From positions 1,152,001 through 1,216,000 of the forward strand of contig OZ250183.1 in the NCBI GenBank assembly GCA_965238225.1: a stretch of 64,000 bases of DNA, read 5' to 3'. The position numbers and the translations under genes were made by a program. The notes under the pieces were generated by a model. It was not told where the DNA came from. It made no database searches and worked only from the letters and a program-made list of their open reading frames with translations. This document shows, one piece after another, positions 57,134 through 64,000 of this stretch (its first letter is position 1; each line of letters starts with the position of its first letter). The DNA is from Gammaproteobacteria bacterium. GTDB taxonomy: Bacteria; Pseudomonadota; Gammaproteobacteria; Eutrophobiales; Eutrophobiaceae.

Positions 57134-57544
57134 TCATTTTATCTCTTGTATCTCATCGTATCTTTCGTCTCCCGTCAGATCTGTTGGTGCTACAATTTGC
57201 ACAATCTGTTTACATTGGCTTTTAGCTACCTCTTCAGCCATCGCTAATTTTTTTGAAAAGATTTTGCCAGATTTGTTATCCCTGAAGATTCCACCTTTTT
57301 CACCTGTCATTCCTTGATTTCGATTATAGGTCACTGCATAGCCATATGTTTCAAACAATATTTCTGATGCAACCGAGTCAAGCCGACATGAGCATGTGTG
57401 TAAATCGTCCATAGAATTTCTACCAAGCTCTTGAAGACAATTAAGCACATATTCAACCCTGTCGCGCGTTGGATAGTCATTCGCAATAACGATCGATGGC
57501 GCGCTAAATAACAGCACAATGGAAATAACCTTACTCACTTGCAT
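57134..57544 (-). CDS. Exported Cys-containing hypothetical protein
   Basis: Signal peptide then NDYPTRDRVEYVLNC...CSCRLD; a pattern I associate with PQQ-dehydrogenase neighbourhoods. Confidence 0.7.
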   Translation of the reverse strand: MQVSKVISIVLLFSAPSIVIANDYPTRDRVEYVLNCLQELGRNSMDDLHTCSCRLDSVASEILFETYGYAVTYNRNQGMTGEKGGIFRDNKSGKIFSKKLAMAEEVAKSQCKQIVQIVAPTDLTGDERYDEIQEIK

Positions 57545-57659
57545 TCTATGCACCTCAAAATTTAAACTAATAACAATTATAATATCTTGAACAACCAATA
57601 CATTTTTCAATTACATAAGAAAAAATAGCCCGAAGATAATAACTCAGAAAAATATTTTA

Positions 57660-58940
57660 TTAAATCAAACTCATTATTGACTCCATGATTTTTTTAACAT
57701 TGCCCCGATTTCTCAAGACAACATTTCGCCCACGCTCGCCCACGCTCGCCCTTAGGTTCGCGTCACTTAACAGATCGCTCACTATACTGGATAACTCATA
57801 TACATTCGCCACTCTCCATGCTGCACCTTCATCTATTAACAATTGACTAATTGCCTGAAAATTAAATACATGTGGTCCCATGATTACTGGCAATCCCAAG
57901 CAAGCTGGTTCCAGCATATTATGACCGCCTGCTTCGGTCAGGCTACCGCCAACAAATGCGACATCAGCGCTGGCATAATACATTGGCAATTCACCTAGAG
58001 TGTCAAGAATGAAAACCTTAATATTCTCATTAAATTCTTTGTTGTCACTTTTGGACAATACTTCAAGATTTCCTCTGCCGCATAATGCTCTAACGTTTTC
58101 TGAGCGTTCAGGGTGTCTTGGCGCAATAATAAGCAGGCATTTAGGGTGTTTTTCTAGGATTCTTTCAAAAGCATTTAAAATTATTTTTTCTTCACCTTCG
58201 TGCGTACTTGCGGCTATCCATATTGGTCTATTAATATCTGTTCCACTCATAGAAAAATATCTTCGTAAAGATTTTGCCTGTTCGTGGATACTGTGCGGAA
58301 AATGAATATCAAATTTTAAATTTCCGACAATACTGACTTTATCAGCATCAGCCCCGAGCCTTACAAATCGTTTTGCATCTCTTTTTTCCTGAGCCACAAT
58401 CAACGAAATATCCTGAAGTGTTGCCCGCGTTAATGATGGAAAATATCGATAGCCATTGACAGATTTCTCAGACATACGTGCATTGACGATAATTACAGGT
58501 ACATTTTTTTTGCGACAATAATAAAATAAATTTGGCCACAATTCTGTTTCCATAATAATTAATATTAATGGGTCAACATTAGAAATAAAATTCTTTATAG
58601 ATAAAGGTAAATCGTAAGGAAGATACAGATGTTTTACATCATCGCTAAAGTATTTCCTAACACAGTCAGCGCCTGTAGGTGTCATGGTTGTGAGCAATAT
58701 TTTGTAATCCGAGTATTCTGCCTGTAAACTTTCTACCAATGGTCTTGATGCCTGAACTTCTCCAACAGAAACAGCATGCAGCCAGATAATTTTATTATGT
58801 GATGTAATTTTACCCGGAAAACCAAACCGCTCTCTCCAACGAGCTCTGTAAGCTAAATTTCGAAAACCAAGAAAAAATAGCCTTAGTACAGCAAAAGGAA
58901 CAAGTAAATAAAGAATAAAAGAATAGATTATTCTCAACAA
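57660..58940 (-). CDS. waaA: Kdo transferase
   Basis: WLHAVSVGE, ETELWPN, GNLKFD, ASTHEGEE, PRHPER, GGHNMLEP. Confidence 0.96.
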   Translation of the reverse strand: MLRIIYSFILYLLVPFAVLRLFFLGFRNLAYRARWRERFGFPGKITSHNKIIWLHAVSVGEVQASRPLVESLQAEYSDYKILLTTMTPTGADCVRKYFSDDVKHLYLPYDLPLSIKNFISNVDPLILIIMETELWPNLFYYCRKKNVPVIIVNARMSEKSVNGYRYFPSLTRATLQDISLIVAQEKRDAKRFVRLGADADKVSIVGNLKFDIHFPHSIHEQAKSLRRYFSMSGTDINRPIWIAASTHEGEEKIILNAFERILEKHPKCLLIIAPRHPERSENVRALCGRGNLEVLSKSDNKEFNENIKVFILDTLGELPMYYASADVAFVGGSLTEAGGHNMLEPACLGLPVIMGPHVFNFQAISQLLIDEGAAWRVANVYELSSIVSDLLSDANLRASVGERGRNVVLRNRGNVKKIMESIMSLI

Positions 58941-58978
58941 TATAATCTCTCAGTAATTTTATTCTAAACAATATTTTT

Positions 58979-59938
58979 TTATTTATTCAAGGTGTAGAGA
59001 TATTGTTTTATACCGTCTTCAACAGACAGAAAATTATCTTTATAATTCATTTCCCTTAATAAATTTATATCTGCTCTTGTATAACTTTGATAACTACCTC
59101 GAAGATGGTCAGGAAATTTTATGTATTCTATTTCTCCTTTAGCATGCCAGCTAATAATCGCTTTTGCGACATCATTAAATGTTCGACTCGTTCCAGTGCC
59201 AACATTTACTATGCCACAAGGATTATTTTCCAACGCCCAAAGATTCACTTTAACGACATCGTCTATATAAACAAAATCACGACTTTGTTCACCATTTGCA
59301 TAACCTCCACTGCCTTCAAATAATTTGATCTTGCCGTTTGCTTGAATCTGCTGATTTAAATGCCAGAAAACGCTGGCCATCAACCCTTTATGCTGTTCTC
59401 TTGGCCCATACACATTAAAATAACGCAGACCCATTACCTGACTTTCTGGGGTCTGATTTTTGTTATTCAATACTGTTCGCCTGACATATTCATCAAATAA
59501 ATATTTCGAATATCCATAAATATTCACCGGCGTTTCATTTTTTTTTTCTTCCTCGAAATTCTCACTTATACCATAAACTGCAGCGCTTGATGCATAGATG
59601 AGGGGAATTTCAAGCTGCAAACAATAGTGCAATAATGATTTTGAGTAAGCGTAATTATTTTCCATCATATAACGACCATCCCATTCAGTGGTCGAAGAAC
59701 AAGCACCCTGATGAAGAATTGCTTCAATCTTTTCAGTAAAATTCTTCTTCTCGTTGATCATCTGTAGAAAATCATCTTTATCCAGATAATCAAGCACCTG
59801 ACAATCGACAAGGTTTCTAAACTTGATCCCACCTGTCATATCATCAACAACCAATATATCAGCATACCCTTTATCGTTTAAAGCCTTTACTAGATTACTA
59901 CCTATAAATCCTGCGCCGCCGGTTATAATAATCATCAA
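58979..59938 (-). CDS. hldD: ADP-L-glycero-D-manno-heptose 6-epimerase
   Basis: TGGAGFIGSN, HQGACSSTTEWDG, YGYSK, RYFNVYGPREQHKG. Confidence 0.96.
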   Translation of the reverse strand: MMIIITGGAGFIGSNLVKALNDKGYADILVVDDMTGGIKFRNLVDCQVLDYLDKDDFLQMINEKKNFTEKIEAILHQGACSSTTEWDGRYMMENNYAYSKSLLHYCLQLEIPLIYASSAAVYGISENFEEEKKNETPVNIYGYSKYLFDEYVRRTVLNNKNQTPESQVMGLRYFNVYGPREQHKGLMASVFWHLNQQIQANGKIKLFEGSGGYANGEQSRDFVYIDDVVKVNLWALENNPCGIVNVGTGTSRTFNDVAKAIISWHAKGEIEYIKFPDHLRGSYQSYTRADINLLREMNYKDNFLSVEDGIKQYLYTLNK

Positions 59939-61371
59939 TCTTTTTTCTCCATAGTTTTGATAACTTCAATAATACGACTGGTCGAATTTTCTTCAAGCAG
60001 TGGAAAAATCTTTACTTTGCCTTTATTTTTTATGACTGTATCAGCGCCTGCAATTTCATTAATCTTATAATCTCCACCTTTAACCAACACTTGCGGTAAA
60101 ACCTTAGCGATCAGATTTTCTGGCGTATCCTCAGAGAAAGGCACGACCCAATCTACTGCCTCAAGCGCATCTAAAACAGCCATGCGATTTGACAATTGAT
60201 TGACTGGGCGTCCATCCCCCTTCAAGCGAGAAACTGATGCATCATCATTGACGGCAATTAACAGATAGTCCCCTAACTGCCTAGCCTGTTGTAAATATTG
60301 CACATGTCCTGCATGCAATATATCGAAACAACCATTTGTCATCACCAGCGTTTCGCCTTGTTTTTTAATTTCACTAACCACATTCATTAGATGATCATCG
60401 CCCAATATACCTTTGTTTTTGATGTGGTGCTCCATTGCAGCATAATTAAGCTCTGCCACTGTGACATAGGCAGATCCCATCTTGCTAACGACGAGGCCTG
60501 CGGCTTGATTAGCTAAATTCGTTGCGTAAATAATGTCATAACCCGATGCAAGCGCAGCTGCTAATGTAGCAATAACCGTGTCCCCTGCGCCAGTCACATC
60601 AAATACATCCAGTGCCTGCGAAGAAAAATGTACTGCTGATTCGTCTAAACGAACTAGGGTCATCCCATCTTTGCCGCGCGTCACCAAAAGTGCATCCAAA
60701 TTAAGTGTTTGGCATAAAGATTTGCCTTTTGAAACAATTTCAGCAGCGTCACCACATTTGCCAACAACTGCTTCAAATTCTCTAAGATTCGGCGTTAAGA
60801 TGCTGGCACCTTGATATCGTGAAAAATCATTGCCCTTTGGATCAACTAATACAGTACATCCATTGTCCCTTGCTGTTTGAATCAAATTGTTTATGTCTAA
60901 CAAACTCCCTTTCGCATAATCAGACAAAATGATAACTTTTGTTTCTTGTATTTGTTTAATAAATAATTTACGTATTTTTTCTGTATCAACTTCAGTCAAT
61001 CTTGTTTCATAATCCAGTCGAATCAATTGCTGATGTTGGCTCAATACTCTTAATTTTATCACGGTAGGAAGCCCGTCTTGATAAATAAATTGGCATTCAA
61101 TATTTTCCGCAGACAAATACTTTTTAAGGAAAGAAGATGCATCATCGTTTCCGGTAATTCCAATCAAGCAAGACTGCACTCCTAATTTTGAAACATTCAA
61201 CGCAACATTCCCTGATCCGCCTGGTCGCTCTTCAGTTTCTTTTACATGAACCACAGGCACCGGTGCCTCCGGAGATATGCGTGTAGTGTCGCCATGGATA
61301 TATCTATCTAAAATGATATCTCCGACAATCAATATTTTTGCTTTGTTGTCTGGTGTAAAAATTCTCTTCAT
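59935..61371 (-). CDS. hldE: Bifunctional heptose-7-phosphate kinase / heptose-1-phosphate adenylyltransferase
   Basis: RISPEAPVPV, DVTGAGDTV, TNGCFDILHAGH, VKGGDY; ATG 61371 is the likely start. Confidence 0.96.
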   Translation of the reverse strand: MKRIFTPDNKAKILIVGDIILDRYIHGDTTRISPEAPVPVVHVKETEERPGGSGNVALNVSKLGVQSCLIGITGNDDASSFLKKYLSAENIECQFIYQDGLPTVIKLRVLSQHQQLIRLDYETRLTEVDTEKIRKLFIKQIQETKVIILSDYAKGSLLDINNLIQTARDNGCTVLVDPKGNDFSRYQGASILTPNLREFEAVVGKCGDAAEIVSKGKSLCQTLNLDALLVTRGKDGMTLVRLDESAVHFSSQALDVFDVTGAGDTVIATLAAALASGYDIIYATNLANQAAGLVVSKMGSAYVTVAELNYAAMEHHIKNKGILGDDHLMNVVSEIKKQGETLVMTNGCFDILHAGHVQYLQQARQLGDYLLIAVNDDASVSRLKGDGRPVNQLSNRMAVLDALEAVDWVVPFSEDTPENLIAKVLPQVLVKGGDYKINEIAGADTVIKNKGKVKIFPLLEENSTSRIIEVIKTMEKKD

Positions 61372-61483
61372 TATGCTATTGACACTCGCCCGTTTGTTAT
61401 TAGAGTTGTAATAAATTGAGTGTAATGTTACCACTGAATACTTGTTTTGGTACTCCAAATACAGATAATTGCCATTAATTGCC

Positions 61484-62201
61484 ATGAAAAAAGAATATCA
61501 AATATTTCTCATTATTTTACTAATTTTTACTTCGCCGTTACGTGCAGAAAAAAACTTACCGCCGCCATTTGAGGCATTATTTAAAGTATTCATAAAAGGC
61601 TTAACGGTAGCTGAAATACGTAATAGTCTAACTCAACTTGATAATGATAATTATGTATGCCACACAGAAATAAATTCAATAGGGCTAGCATCCATTTTTT
61701 ATCAACTACATATTACGGAAGAATCACGTTGGTATCAGAAGGATCAACAATTAAGACCTTTGATTTATAGTTATGACCGTATTAAGAAAAAAAGGCAACT
61801 CATAAAAGAGTCATGTTTGATTGGGAAAATTATCAGATAAATTATATCCACGATGGAAAAAAATTAAGCTTTGAATTACAAACAGGAATGACTGATAAAC
61901 TACTCTGCCAAATAAATCTCATGCGCGATCTAAAAATTGGCCATTACCCAACAAGCTACACTGTTGCAGGCAATGAAAAAATCGAGACCTACATCTTCCA
62001 ATACCTTGGGGAAGAATTAATAAAAACGCCTATTGGTAAATTTAATACTGTGAAATTTTTCTGTCAAAAAGACGGAGAAGAAAGAAGTGCAATCTTTAAT
62101 AGTCTGCTAAAGAACTACATTATCTTCCTGTCAAGGTTAAACTCACCGATGATGGCGTTAAAACAATCATAATTAGCCAGTTAAATGGATTGGATCTATG
62201 A
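61484..62201 (+). pseudogene. DUF3108-like exported protein, frameshifted
   Basis: Signal peptide, LPPPFEA.., LRPLIYSY, shift near the A7 run at ~61787, FDW...DKL...EELIKTPIGKFNTV, second shift near 62100. Confidence 0.65.
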
Positions 62202-62234
62202 TGGGAAGCCCCAAGTTTGTAGATCGGAATTCAT

Positions 62235-62957
62235 TCACCTCCCAAGGGCGCTTAATAGCTCATCTGGCGTTACATATCCAGCAATCATGTGTCCGCTTTC
62301 AAGGAAAAGCGCTGGTGTCCCTCGTACACCCATCGCTTTACCCAAGGCATGCTGATGAGTGACTGGATTTTTACAATCATTAGCCTTGGCTAACTTGCCA
62401 TTTTTTGCATCAGTTAGTGCCTGGGGACGGTCTTTAGCACACCAAACATTTACCATCTGCTGGTAAACAGGAGAACCCCTGTCACCCCTAGGATACGCTA
62501 AATATTTGACAGTGATATTATGTGCATTTAATTCAAGAACATCCCTGTGAAATTTACGACAATAAAAACAACTAACGTCTGTGAAAACATAAATAGTATC
62601 TTTACTTTTTTCTGGTGCAAACGCTATGTATTCATCTTCGGGAATTTTTTTTAGTGAATCAGATTTTTTTTGTAAACGCACATCTTCACTTAGATTACGC
62701 CTTTCTTGCATATCAATCATATCTCCCTTAAGGATAAATTTGGCATCACTTGTCATGTAAACTACATCGAAATCCATCACCACTTCATAGATATCCTCAA
62801 TTGGTGTTGCATTCACCTGCGAAATATCGACACTTGGAAATAGTCGTTGCAAATTTTGCATCAGGCGTTCTTCCAATTGCTCGTTGGCTTGTGTATTAAA
62901 TACAGATAAAAAAATTATACACAGTAAAATTTTTGCTATTTTTATTTTCATATTCAT
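62235..62957 (-). CDS. dsbC: Thiol:disulfide isomerase DsbC
   Basis: VFTDVSCFYCRKFH, YLAYPR, VWCA, GVRGTP. Confidence 0.93.
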   Translation of the reverse strand: MNMKIKIAKILLCIIFLSVFNTQANEQLEERLMQNLQRLFPSVDISQVNATPIEDIYEVVMDFDVVYMTSDAKFILKGDMIDMQERRNLSEDVRLQKKSDSLKKIPEDEYIAFAPEKSKDTIYVFTDVSCFYCRKFHRDVLELNAHNITVKYLAYPRGDRGSPVYQQMVNVWCAKDRPQALTDAKNGKLAKANDCKNPVTHQHALGKAMGVRGTPALFLESGHMIAGYVTPDELLSALGR

Positions 62958-62989
62958 ACATTAACTTTCATAATTCATACACTACTTTA

Positions 62990-63070
62990 ATGGGTGTTAA
63001 ATTTGACGGATACTTGGTAATGATATTTGGCAATCTTCTAAGGTGCTTCTCCAGAATAATGAAAACTGAT
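62990..63070 (-). pseudogene. Possible remnant of the xerD 3' end
   Basis: caa att ta[a]c acc cat reads QIYTH, preceded by an LR..Q..L-like trace, directly upstream of dsbC (usual order xerD-dsbC). Confidence 0.3.
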
Positions 63071-63330
63071 ATTAAAGTATACTCTAAAGCTGTTACTAGA
63101 TATAGTTTCATCACTCAATAATGGTTTATATTGTTTTTTAAGAAATTATCTATCAAATATAATTACAGCAGGCAGGCCAGCTTACACAGGCTGCCGTGAA
63201 AATTAAATTCTGATAAAAGGCTGCATCGCAGGCTTTACATTTGCACAGAAAACTATGTTAAAGTCACTACCGTACAATTCCAACTTGGAGAATCTACAAT
63301 GAACAAACATACAATAAAAGGAACAGGCTC

Positions 63331-64000
63331 ATGAAAAAGCTCCTCACTCTACTTGCTGTATTCGCCTTAAGCAGTTCTGGCATGGCTCGTGATAATGACA
63401 CTAATAATCAGACAATTTTGCGTGCAGTGCTTGCAGCACAACCCAAAAAAGTACAGGCGCGTTATGTTTACCGTCGCCCGCAACAAACCTTGGAATTTTT
63501 TGGCATCAAACCTAGCATGGTAGTTGGTGAAGCCTTGCCTGGTGGTGGCTGGTACAGCAAGATTTTGCTCGCCTTTCTAGGCGGAGAAGGCAAACTCATC
63601 GGTGCCGATTACGCCATCGATATGTATAAATTGTTTGGCTTTTTTAGCGCAAACCAGATTTCTAAAAAACAGCATTGGGCGCAATCGTGGGCTAAAGAAG
63701 CAATGGCTTGGTACGACGATGATAACGCCAATGTAAGCGCCTTTGTATTTGGCTCACTCCCAGACCAAATGAAAGGTAGCGCCGATGCTTTTTTGTTTAT
63801 TCGCGCTATGCATAACCTCTCGCGCTTTCAATATAAAGACAACTTCCTCGCTACTGCCTTACAAAACGCCTTTGATCTATTAAAGCCTGGCGGCATCGTC
63901 GGCATTGTGCAGCACCAAGCCCGCGAAGACATGCCTAATGATTGGGCCGCAGGACAAAATGGTTATCTTAAAAAATCGTTTGTGATAGCACAGATGGAAG
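63331..64000 (+). CDS. Exported class I SAM-dependent methyltransferase (partial)
   Basis: Manual translation MKKLLTLL...ARYVYRRPQQTLEFFGIKP...LPGGGWYSKIL...RAMHN...LKPGGIVGIVQH. Confidence 0.85.
   Translation, partial: MKKLLTLLAVFALSSSGMARDNDTNNQTILRAVLAAQPKKVQARYVYRRPQQTLEFFGIKPSMVVGEALPGGGWYSKILLAFLGGEGKLIGADYAIDMYKLFGFFSANQISKKQHWAQSWAKEAMAWYDDDNANVSAFVFGSLPDQMKGSADAFLFIRAMHNLSRFQYKDNFLATALQNAFDLLKPGGIVGIVQHQAREDMPNDWAAGQNGYLKKSFVIAQME

Overview
AT-rich gammaproteobacterial chromosome segment from a lanthanide-dependent methylotroph that shows signs of genome erosion, possibly a host-associated symbiont (inference). In order: dinG/yoaA (partial), a decayed duplicated small-ORF/HEPN cassette, efp, parC/parE, a rubrerythrin/Fe-S oxidoreductase/DUF3501 cluster, xseB-ispA-(likely dxs remnant)-folE2, mazG, an HNH nuclease, an Lpp/OprI-like lipoprotein with an L,D-transpeptidase, a moaB pseudogene, a nitroreductase, a DpnII-type restriction-modification pair, a probable dprA remnant, serA/serB, a frameshifted ~8.8 kb RTX repeat gene with a densely structured non-coding region between it and tRNA-Ser(CGA), a large tetrahydromethanopterin/methylofuran formaldehyde-oxidation cluster (orf21, pabB, orf9, orf1, orf17, fae, orf7, orf5, mch, orfY, mtdB, mptG, fhcBADC), a shattered formate dehydrogenase, a xoxF operon with a type-1 blue copper protein instead of the cytochrome xoxG, a SoxYZ-like pseudogene, LPS genes (waaA, hldD, hldE), dsbC and a partial methyltransferase. 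Top leads: (1) xoxF-pseudoazurin-xoxJ; (2) methanol oxidation that may end at formate (fdh and moaB both dead); (3) a multi-hairpin candidate ncRNA upstream of the RTX gene. All family assignments come from recognising motifs by eye; no searches were run.
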